The notes under the pieces are model-generated. The model did not search any database and was not told the origin of the DNA. It saw only the letters and a list, made by a program, of their open reading frames with translations. This document shows, one piece after another, positions 49,688 through 60,830 of a DNA stretch of 64,000 nt. This DNA comes from Macrostomum hystrix. Taxonomy: Eukaryota; Animalia; Platyhelminthes. How positions within the stretch are numbered: the first letter of the stretch is position 1; every line of letters starts with the position of its first letter. A program made the position numbers and the translations under genes. The stretch covers positions 3,720,001 to 3,784,000 of the forward strand of contig CATNEN010000002.1 of the NCBI GenBank assembly GCA_950097015.1, in the 5' to 3' direction.

Positions 49688-52600
49688 ATGGGAAATACGC
49701 TGTCAACTCAAACAGTCAATCAGTTGGCGGAAGCTGTTGGTTCCGGAAATCTGCGGCGAGTGAGGTGGCTTATCGCTAAAGCCAGACTGAATGATCAGAG
49801 CCTCATATCATTGGCGGAGATTGCTGCACGTGAGGGTCACAGAGACATCCTGATTTTTCTGTTGCGAAGAATTTTAAACCAACATCTTAAAGATTGTTTT
49901 TGCCTGTGGGCATCGGTTAAAGAGCTGCGTGTAAATCGCCTGGACATTGGACTGTGCCTTATACAAGCAATAGCAAACCAAAAGACCAGAGACCTGTGTT
50001 GTGCTCAGCTAATTGAGCAAGCTTCACAGCTCGGTCACTGGTCTTTTGTAACTTTTCTCGTACAGTTGCTCACCAATCGAACCCTGAAAGACCAATGTTG
50101 CGCGAGAGCTTGCAAAGTGGCGGCAGTTGCTGGTGAAGAGGAAATAGTGAAACTTCTTGTTGAAGCAATCTCTGACGTGGGCCAAAAGGATCGGTGCTGC
50201 TCGTTCACTGTGGAATCTGCTGCTAGCCAAGGTCGCAAGGAAATCTGCGAATTTCTCGTGCGAAATATGTCCGAAGAGGGAATGATTGACGAGGCCTGCT
50301 TTCTGGCAGCCAAGCACGCAGCCCGCCACAGCCACATGGAGTGTCTCTCCTTCCTTGTGCTTGAATCAGTTGGTGAGGACAGCAGAGACCAGTGCTGCAT
50401 GATGGCCTTGAACTATGCTGCTATTTACGGCCAATTGAAGGCCATCGAATTTCTGACATTGAACATCAGCGACCAGCGAGTAAAGGACAAAGCTTGCAAG
50501 ACGGCCATCGAGTTCGCATCGGCCTACAACCATCCGAAAATAGTGATTTTTCTTCTGTCGAGTCTAAGCGACAATGAATCCAGCAGCAAGGACTATATCT
50601 GCTCAAAAGCGGCCGAGCTGTCTGCGAGGAGAGGTCACTTCACCGCCACTAAGATTTTTGTTAAACGAGTCGCGAATGAAGCTCTGAGGCAAGAGTGCTG
50701 CAGATTGTGCGCCGAAATTGCAGGCAATCAGAACTCAGAAGAAAGAAAATATCTTCTTAGCATTATCGCTAGCGACCAGAGCCACAATGCGATAATCGAA
50801 AAGAATCTAATGGACCTTTGGACTATGGAGCAAAGAGTGCGCCAAGAAAATCTTGGCGATTCGGGCTGGCTTGATGTCGCCAAATTCGCTGCAAAGAATC
50901 GCCTGTTCGACCAAGTAGCGTCAATGATAAATAACATAGAAAATCAGCAAATCAAAGATAGCTGCTGCTTGGAAGTTGTGTCGGACGCTGCTAGCTGCTA
51001 CAGTTGGTCCACGGTTGAGTTTCTCGTGAACTCGACAGCAGACAAGGCAAAGAAGTGCGAGTGCAGCATGGCTGCTATAGAATGCGCAGCTAGAAGTGGC
51101 AATATTGATCTAGTGAAACGTCTCGCCCAAGAAGACGCAGATAAAAGTTTAACCCTGCAAGGCCTCGGAAAGGCTGTTGTTCCCGCTGCGATCCATGGTC
51201 ACCTGGCAGTTTTACAGTTTCTTATCGACACAATTTCAGATAAAAAACTAAAAGAGGATTGCTGCGTCGACGCAGCGGAGGCTTCTGCCACATGGGGTCG
51301 CCTAAATATCGCCCAATTTCTGGTGGATAAAATTTCTAGCGAAAAGCTAAGAAATGAATGCTGCAAGAATGCGGCCAAAACAGCAGAAATACATGACCAC
51401 TTTGAAGTCGAATTATTATTTCTTGATGCCATCACAGGAAGTAGCGGAATGAAGGATCAGTGTTGTGAAGAGCATGCTAAATCTGCTGCTGCTGAATGTA
51501 ATTTTGAAAGTGCCTCGCGCTTAATTCAGCTTATTGATGACCAGGATCTGAAAGATAAGCTGTGTATGGATTTCGCTGAACAAACTCTGCGAAATGGGAA
51601 ATGGGAGATGGCGACTACTTTCATGGAATGTACAAGTAGTCCAATGCAAAGGGATTATATGTGCTCTCGGATCGCTGAGTTGGCTGTACCAAAGTTGAGT
51701 TGCAAATCATTAGCTTGCATTGCAGAAGGCATCACAGATGCAAGCCTGAGAGATCAGTTTTTGATGCACGCAGCGCAGGCCGCGATGGAAAAAGCCGGCA
51801 AGGCGTTGTTTTGCGAACTATTAGCGACAACTGAACGCCAGTCCAAGGCAGTGGATACACGCAAATCACACGTGCAATCTGGCTTCGTAGCTATCCCTCA
51901 TCATTGGCTCGCCCGGAGCTCTCGGGTGCGTGGTTTAATATCGAATCTCACAATTGCTGGCGAAAATTCGATTCTGCATTGCACTCTGCTTCAGATGGAG
52001 CCAGCCAACATCACCCAGCTTCTTCGGCTCTCCATCACTGAAGGCCATGTTGCATTGGCGTTCGAACTGATTAAACATGAGAAATTCAGCCAAGAAGTGG
52101 TTGATCTGCCTGATAGCACTGGAGCAACCGCTCTCATGCTTGCTGCGGGCGATGGTCATTACGGTCTTATCCTTCAACTGTTGAAGAAGGCTGCTTCCGT
52201 GCACGCAGAAGACAATGCGGGTAGAACTGCACTTTCACGAGCGTGCGAAAACGGTCACCTGAAAGCTGCTAAAGTTCTCGTTGATCGAGGAGCTGATCCA
52301 TTTCATCAAGATGCTCGTGGAATGACGTGCCAACAAATAGCTTCCGGACACACCGACCTAGCTAGTGTACTTCGAGTCGTCGATACCCAAAGCGTCGGGT
52401 AAGTTGCATGATTTACTTAGATAATATTTCATTACAATCTTTTTACGATGCCTGCACCAACTTTAACTTGAACATCGATGTTTAAAGCTTGTCTTCTCAT
52501 ACATTCATGTGTACACGACGAGTAAATGCAGCATCGCTTGTTTTGTTTTAGCAACGATAAATTACTCAGTGAGAACCTGCATCAGGTGCTGAACGCTGCT

Positions 52601-54462
52601 GGCTTTACTCAGGAGAGAGCAGCGTGTCAGCAAATCCTGGCCGACTGGCTCGAAGGCGTTGCTAGAGTTTTAAATCACAATGGCCAGTTGACTGGAAGTT
52701 TCGCGGACGGATGGGCTAACAGTCTGACGCAAGTGAACGGCAGGACAGCGGCAGACTCTGACATTGACTGGACTGTCCTGGATGCCCAGCAGGTCTTCCA
52801 TCTGGAGGGCGGTTGTGAAAAGTCAAAAGAAGAGTGCCTGCGAAAGTATGTGAAGCAATGTAAGGTTGTTAAGGGCCATGCTCTTGTCGACTCAGAATCA
52901 GGTGCGTCACAGGATGATAGTCTAGAACTCGGATTATAGTAATTTGTCTTCCCATTTTGATAATTTTGAAGCTTTTTAAAATTAGATTCAGGCAACCGAT
53001 TTCAGGTAGTCAGCCGGCCATTTCAACAGCAGCCAATGGGGTGCGGCCTGCGCACGACCTGTGCCACGCTATTGAATGCTGCAGCAGCTTTTGTGAGGCC
53101 AGGGTAAGGATATTACTAAGTGCGCCTGATGAGTCACCTGTCCATTTGGTATTCGCAACTAGACCGCAGCCGAACGCAACAAGCGAGCTGAGAGTGAGCT
53201 TCAGTTTCCAAGAAAAGCGAATTATCCGACGTCTAAGCACTGTGCAGGGCCAGCTTTTTGCGATCATCAAATTCATTTTCAAGAGGTATCTGCCTAAAGC
53301 TTTGGAAACATCTGGGCTAAAGACCTATCACGCAAAAACTCTGGTGTTCTTCATGCTGGAGAAGTACGGATTGGACAACACTGCCGTTTGGCAAGGTGTG
53401 AATTTGCTTTCCCTGCTTAAGGAATCTCTCGACATGATGCTGGATTTCTTTAACAAGGAACCGCAATCACCAGACGTTTGCATGCCGCACTTCTTCATTC
53501 CCAAGGCTCCGCTTTATTTCAAGAACGCCGGACTCAGTGGCGACTTTAATAAAACTAAAACGAGAGTTAGAAACCGACTCTGTGAGGTTAGAAATGACGT
53601 CACCAGGGTGGTAGAGCAACTGAAAAAGCAGGTGCAGCCCCTGCAATCGTACAGCTTCTACTTTCATCTATACTGCCTGCTTCCACTGGCTGTACCGCAA
53701 ACTTGCATTCAATTTGATGAACTGGCTTCAAAAGATACTCAGAACTTTGAGACACTGGCAAGCGTGTACAGCATTGTGGTTCGGTGCCTCACTGAGCTGC
53801 AGTCCACTTGGAACAACAGGCAGGCCGTCATGAGGCTGCTCAGTCACTTGCATGGTCTAGCTTTCTGCAAATGTGCCATCAAGAGCCTGACGGCAATGGC
53901 ACATTTAAAGTTTGATGAGAACGAACAGGCTAAAGCACTACTATCGGAGCTCCGGGAGCATCCTGTGAAACGAAGCTGGAAGACTGAAGACCTGAAAAAA
54001 ATTCGACGGCCTGGAAGAGATTACATAGACTGGGAAAAAATCCCAATGGATGTCGACTGGGCGTGGAGATTTTGCGTCCCTTGTAACGCGGAACCGAAAT
54101 TTGCGTTTCTTCCCGAGTTCACGCAGAGTCTGTTCACGGCCAGGCTGTCACAGCCTCGCTCCTCCCACCTGTTCATCAGCTTCCGCTGCCTGTCCTGGAG
54201 CCTCCAAGCTGAGCTGCTCCCGGATCACGTCAGGCCAACAGCGCCTTCAACATGGTTCACGGAGCTGCACGAGGACCCAGACTTGGAGGAGCTGCTCACT
54301 CTAGCTCACTACAGCAATAGCGTTGAGCATCTTCAGTTCTGTCTGCAGCAGATTGGGCTCATAAGAGACGAGAAGCGCATGGTCCTGGAGCAGGAGGATG
54401 AGAAGAAGATTCAGTTGGTCAGGATGAAGCTGAAGAGAATCGAGGAGGAAACTGAAATGTAA
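49688..54462 (+). CDS. Paralog B: myristoylation motif + ankyrin-like repeat array + cGAS/Mab-21-like nucleotidyltransferase (cGLR) fusion, ~1505 aa
   Basis: Exons 49688-52398, 52552-52901, 53006-54462 (4518 nt; phase 2 GG|GTAAGT...TTTTAG|C, phase 1 G|GTGCGT...TTCAG|GT). MGNTLST start; ~21 repeats; TGSFADG...DSDIDW...HDLCHAIEC; LRVSFSFQEK; GLKTYHAKTLVF; CMPHFF. Intron positions and phases are the same as in paralog A. Confidence 0.88.
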
Positions 54463-55211
54463 CTCTTTTAATGCGCCAGTATTAGTCTGAATGTGGAAAG
54501 TACTTTTAAATTTCAAGTCTATCGCTCATACTTGCACTCGAAGCTTTCATAATTCTCAAAAAATTCAATTGATTTTACAATTTAATGTTACTTACATCCA
54601 TATAGTTCTTTGGACGAATAGTATAAAAGTAAAATTTAAGTACTCCTGGTACAATGTCAGTCTGATTTCGTTACTTGACTCTTCGTTTGATTTCGATTCC
54701 TACGTGTACATTATAAGTAACTTTTTTAGTGTTTTCTAACTTTCTGAATCACCGAATCACCGTTAAAAATCTGACATTTTAAATTGTAACTGTAATTTCA
54801 TAATCATTAATGATGTAAAAGCCACTTAGGGGATTTAATAATATTTTAGGATAGTTCCCTGCTTTCCCTTCGTCCCTTCCGTTCCCTTCCCTTCCCTTAC
54901 CTCCCTCCATCTGCCATTATTTATGCATCGTCTAACTCTCAAGCGCTGCCATCCCTCCTACCTTTTCCATTGCGCAAATAATAGTCATAAGTAATTCGTC
55001 TTTTTAGATTGCACACCCACCTCCCTCCTTTCTTTGTTTTCCTTGTCATAAAGCATTGTTACGTAATTGCGCACCCACCCTCCTCCTATAAGTAATTTCA
55101 TATCCCTTTTCCCAGTCCCGCGTCCAGCACTGCGGGGCTTTGCCCATCCCCCAGGTAGCTGCCCTAATTTTGCTATTAACTTTCTGCTCGTTGAACAATT
55201 TAAGATTCGAG

Positions 55212-55255
55212 GCGTAAAGACGGCCTCTTACTGCGAAGACTCATTTTATTGCATG
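55212..55255 (+). other. Spliced-leader-like 44-mer (relic or SL pseudogene)
   Basis: gCGTAAAGACGGcCTCTTACTGCGAAGACTCAtTTTATTGCATG matches the M. lignano SL (CCGTAAAGACGGTCTCTTACTGCGAAGACTCAATTTATTGCATG, recalled from memory) at 41/44. It is followed by CAAAT, not a GT donor. Confidence 0.8.
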
Positions 55256-55721
55256 CAAATATACAGATATACAGTTCTCTTATTTAAGATATTTCTATGA
55301 TCTTCTGTACATTGCTAAATCTTCAGTGGTTTCAGTGGTTTCCGTGTGGCCTTGTGCCATTTTGTAGTTAGATTTTTCTTCTGCTGTTATAGGGACGTGA
55401 AATTCGGATTTTCCCTGAATATAGGATTATACGGGATATTAAGAGCATGTTAATCTAGTGGATGCGGGGATCCGTCCGAATGAATGCGGAGAGATTAATT
55501 CATTATAGCTGCTTGTAAATTTCAAGTCTGTTAATAAAGCTTTAGTTAGTCTGTTAATAAGCAAAAACAAATTTTGATTAGGGCCAATGCCATGGGCAGT
55601 GGTGTCAATTCACAATAGATAGCCCTGACACCTGGCGAGCATACTCTCTTCAAGGACAACTGATGAGCATATAACGTAACTTCAGTTGTCCTTAACTCTC
55701 TGTTGTTGATTCCACGATTCC

Positions 55722-56182
55722 ATGTGCACAAGAACACGGGCCAAGTTTTCGTTACGCGTCTTTTGAAACAATAATCATGTCGCCAGCTCTTCAGACCGTC
55801 GAGATATTCAATGTTTCTAGCCGAAGGTCAGTTTTTTCCCAAAAGCGCTAGTGTATTTCATACACCCCATACACAAAATTACCTCAGTGCGGCCTTCAAA
55901 ATTTATCAGCATGTCACCCGAATGTGCCTGCATCATCTCCGTCTTCGGTGGTCACCTACCCTTATCTAGACGGATTTGCTGGACCTTCAAGGGCTACAAC
56001 AGGGGGAAATAGGCCACTATGGACACCCTGACGCGAATTTCTCGAATTTCACTGATTAAGCCTAAATATTAGGCGCAGCTCAACCACATGACAGCCTCGC
56101 CTAGTCAGTCAACCAATCAGTCACTACCCAACGCTGTTAGCATTCAGGCGCTGCCAAAACATTTTCTGGCGGATTTCCCCCC
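55722..56182 (-). repeat. Dispersed ~470-bp repeat, copy 2
   Basis: GTCGCCAGCTCTTCAGACCGTCGAGATATTCAA...GCTGGACCTTCAAGGGCTACAACAG...GGCCACTATGGACACCCTGACGCGAATTTCTC is the inverse of copy 1. Confidence 0.85.
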
Positions 56183-57934
56183 ATGATAAAGGGGTTATAC
56201 ATTTTCTATTCAAGTTATTTGTTCTCTAAGGCGAATTTAAATGAATTTCCGGTTGGCCCACAAACTTCGCGGCTTTCTGAGCACATTTTCGGGAGCTTTC
56301 GCCTCACGTTGCCGCTCCTGTCGCAGCCCACACCGAGACTTCAAACAAACAGCAACAACAAGACTGAGTCTGAGTAAAGATAAAAAGTCTGAGTCACAGA
56401 GCTCGCTTTAGAGCCAGATCTGGAACGTTGGCCACACCGCCGGCAGTGTCTGGGGCACCAGCGTCCGCCAGCAGGCAGTCGACGAAGCATGCACCCAGTG
56501 CGCATCGGCTGCACCTCCTGCAGCAGCAACAGTACGACTCGGCACAGACGAGGTGGCCTGCCAGCTGGCGCATCTGCCGCTCGCCAGCGTCCCGGTGAGA
56601 GTCGCTGCTGAAACGACAATCCCGCTGATGCACTATCTCGCATTGTGCTGATCCCGAAGAAGACTAGGTCGACACGAAAAGAAGTGCACCGATGGATAGT
56701 CTTCTGTCTCGCTTGCTTGTACCTTCTGATATTATAATTGATGCCCCGTACTGCTAAGTTTTTTAACCGACTGCTCAGTGCAGTCAGGAAGACCACTGAG
56801 CACAGCGGACATAATTCGCTGCAAGATCTCTGAGGCGCTAGTGAATCCCACACTGAGTCGTGTCAATCGCTTCAGTCCGGTAATAAAATTTATGACAATT
56901 AAGAGAACAAAGAGACGAATGGAGATTGGGTCAATTACCACGTAGTAATCCTAATCATAGGTCTACTGTATCATAACCAAGAAACACTATTTGTTACAAT
57001 TAGTAGTCTAATTTGTGTTAGCTGTTCGCGCAACAAAAACAAAAATAATTTAATATATAGTCGTAATGGAAGAGGGAGTGCGAGAGTGAATTTTGACAGG
57101 GAAAATGTTCATGACTAAGGAAAACAAAACATATTGACGTCGCAAGGTCACTGGGATGAGTCATAGGGCATGGGAAGGTAAAGAGATAACAAAGGGCACG
57201 TTACATTTTTCTAAACAGACCATTACCCCTTAAGTCGCCGTCAAGGACCACTAGTTGTTACTTTTGCTTAACTAGTTTATTAGGACAACTTAACCGAGAC
57301 GCATTGCGTTGAAACAGTTAAAGAGGGCATGTAATTATTGTTTATAAAACTCGAATGATAAGCAGCTGCAATATTTTTTGTTGTCCATTTTATTATGTAA
57401 ATTTATTTTTAACAGTAAGTGCATTTGTATATTTTGTTTATATATTTTGTTTCGCAGAATGACTGCAATTTTTAACCTAACAAAATGAGGATTTTTCTCG
57501 ACATATTTAAACTGCTCATGATTTTTGTGTGGATCTACTCGTCTACTTCTTATTTCACACAATAGCGTATGCATTCATACTTCGGTTTTGGGCTACGATT
57601 TTAAAACCAAAGGTTTGAGCATACAAGGCTTTTCTCCCTTACTTCTCCTTCACTACATAATAAATGCTTATCTCAGACTTACGTCGTCCACTTTCGGTTG
57701 CATTTTATGTCATGACTCCCAATGCCTTGCTTGCCTCGTAAATGAAATTCTAGTGCCTATAGCCTAGTAGACATAAAAATTACAGTTTAAAGTACTTTAA
57801 AAATCTCACATGCATTTGAATACTTTTTTTCAATTTGCTTGCAATATTGTTGCATTGAATAAGAATTTGCACAATAGTCCTTAGTCCATACATGATACAT
57901 ATAGATCCTATAAGGTCCTTTACATACACGTAAT

Positions 57935-58188
57935 CATAGGCGTAGGAACGGGGGGACAGTGGGGCCATGGCCCCCCACTTTTTAAGTTGGGGGGGCCAGT
58001 AATGAGATGTGGCCCCCCCCACATTTTAAATGCAAAATGTTGACTTTTTGCTTATTTTTTTTCTATTTTTTACTGCAAGGACAATATTGAAATAATAACA
58101 ATTGTCATTTTTTGGATTTTTTTCGGGGAATTGGATCCTCCCCTTGGCCTTGGCCCCCCCCACTTTTTTAATCATTCCTACACCTATG
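57935..58188. mobile_element. hAT-type MITE, 254 bp
   Basis: Terminal inverted repeats CATAGGCGTAGGAA / TTCCTACACCTATG (1 mismatch). Perfect 8-bp TSD CACGTAAT at 57927-57934 and 58189-58196. Internal GGCCCCCCCAC subrepeats. Confidence 0.9.
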
Positions 58189-60409
58189 CACGTAATTAGT
58201 AACAAATTAACAATCAATTTTGTATCAGACTTTCGGTAGGCCTAACAAGTGATCTGATATGATCTGATCTAGTTATATATGGTCTTTAATGTCAAAAAGC
58301 TAATTGACATATTGCAATCATGTTGTGCTTACATTTCAAAATCAAGCTGTGTACACTGCACACATTTATTAGGCCTAGACTATTGAAAAGCATAGACTAG
58401 TACCAAAATTCATAACACTGGTCTTATTGTTCCTTTTAAGTTACGTTATATATTGTTCAATTTTGTTCAATATACAACCACTTTTTATGGAATGGATTCC
58501 TGATCACAGGATGACCCCACTGTGGCATATAGAGAATCAGAATTTTTTAAAGAATTTTTTTGTTGTGTGTTTTATTTGTGAGAGAATGGCAAATAAATAG
58601 GCCTAGTATTCAACTTCAATAGAGTCAAAGGAACCCATTGAATATTACTCATATTTTTAATTGGATAGCCTTCAGCCTAGAGTCTTTTGCTAGGCCATCC
58701 AATGAGAAAGGACCCAATTGCAGGGACCCCAATACATAGGAATATTTCACTAAATTGGACATGGTGATTGAAGGGTTGGTAAATTTTGTATAAAGAATTA
58801 ATAGGATTAAGCTGAACAATAGAGACATGGGACTTATTGAAGATTAATACTATTTATTATAGGGTGAGTCTAACTGCCTAAGGACTTTTGTGGGCATCCA
58901 AATATATCTAAATCAGTCACCATGACAATAATGACAATTATTTTATGTTATAGCCTATAGGCAAGCTACAAACTTATAAACAATAGTCAGTAAAAACCCA
59001 CTGTCTTCTTGAAAACAGTAGTTGAAGTTTCTTGTCTATTGGGAAACCTAAAAAAGTATTTATTATGATGAAAGTTCAAGAAGCCCTATGATTTTTTGTT
59101 TTGATTGGCAATGTTTTGTCTATGTAATTTTACATATCATAGTCATTACACATTTTTAATGAATGGATTGAGCACTAGGTCTTATATAAATTGTTATGTG
59201 AATTTAGAATCAATATAAAAGATGTGCAAATGCATGCTGGTTGTAATACTTGTAAATATAAGTCAATTTGTAGATTCTCAGTTTATCAAACCTTGATTTT
59301 AAAATAGTGTATTTGATCAAATTTTCAAATTTCAAATCAAAACATCACTTAATAGCTGGAGATAGCAAATATATATATATCAATAGCAGCCATATAGCAA
59401 GAAAAATATATATTTATTGAACTGATAAAGATAAAAGAATGTTTTCTTTATTTTATTAAGATTTATTTGCATTTGACAATTTGCACAATGACAAATAAAA
59501 CTTTGGATGCCAATCCTTATGGGTTTATATTGTTATTAACTGTAATTATAATGTTGTTTTTACATGATTGTTGCATTGTCATTTGTACTTTTATGGTCAC
59601 TTGGTCAGGTCAGTATATATTCCAATTGATTTACCAAAACAATACCAATACTGATACAGAGAATAGAAAAGACTAGATACTGTCTGACCTCCTGCTCACT
59701 AACTATATCTTAGGTCAATGTTACCACCAAGCAACTATATTGTATTGGATTACCTAAGTTCCCCTATTGTTTCAGTTTCAATAGTCATAAAATTAATACT
59801 AATATGAGCTTCCAGGTAGAAATCTGGGTATGTTTGGTAGCTCCAATATAAATTATCTGATTAATCAAACTAATTACTTTGCCATTTGGCCACAAGATTT
59901 TTGTTTTGCCCAATTAAGTTAGGTCTGATTTGTTAGTTTTATATATTTTATATATATTTATGCATGCTATTTGAGTAAATTGGAGCAAAAATTGTCACAA
60001 AGTGAAGGATTGACAACACACAACACTTGTATGTATGTATGTTATGAAGCTATTTCATTTAATGATTACGATGCATTCTGCATTTGTATTAGCCAAATAG
60101 TAATAAGTTTGTCTTCAATGAAAAGTTACCGTTCCCATGAAGACTTGGATAAAAGATTACACATATTTTCATACAGCAGCTACTACTCACACAAGTAGCT
60201 AGTCGAGGTTTTCAGCATTCCACAATTATTTAATGATTGTAAATGTTACATTAAAAAAAGTTCTGCAATTAAGGTGCCTCATTTTTACATTTGATATCGT
60301 AATTTGTTTGTAACAAAGGCATTACAGGCGTCGTCAAACTTATTAGCTAGCGGGCCAAAAAGAACCTTAAAGACGACAGCGGGCCGGATTGACTGTCTAA
60401 ATATGAAAA

Positions 60410-60830
60410 AGGGGATATTTGAGACATAGAAGAGATGAAAATAGGAGATTATACAGGAAAGAAATAGACACGGGAGAGATGAGACACAGAAGAGATAAGA
60501 CAGGGAAGAAATGCGACACGAGAGAGATGAGACAGGAAAGAGATGAGACACGGAAGAGATAAGACAGGGGAGAGATAAAACACGAAATATATAAGACACC
60601 GAAGAGGTTAGACACGGGAGAGATGAGACACAGAAGAGATAAGACAGGGAAGAAATGCGACACGAGAGAGATGAGACATGGAAGAGATGAGATATGGGAG
60701 AGATGAGACAGGAAAGAGATGAGACACGGAAGAGATAAGACAGGGGAGAGATAAAACACTAAATATATAAGACACTGAAGAGATTAGACACGGGAGAGAT
60801 GAGACATGGGAGAGATGAGACATGTGAGAC
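60410..60830. repeat. GA-rich degenerate tandem repeat
   Basis: GAGATGAGACA / GAAGAGATAAGACAGG reiterations with a duplicated larger block. Confidence 0.9.

Noticed and set aside
55212-55330. Functional SL RNA gene
   Set aside because: No GT donor after the terminal ATG, no clear Sm-binding site, and a substitution in the 5' hairpin. Reported as a relic instead.
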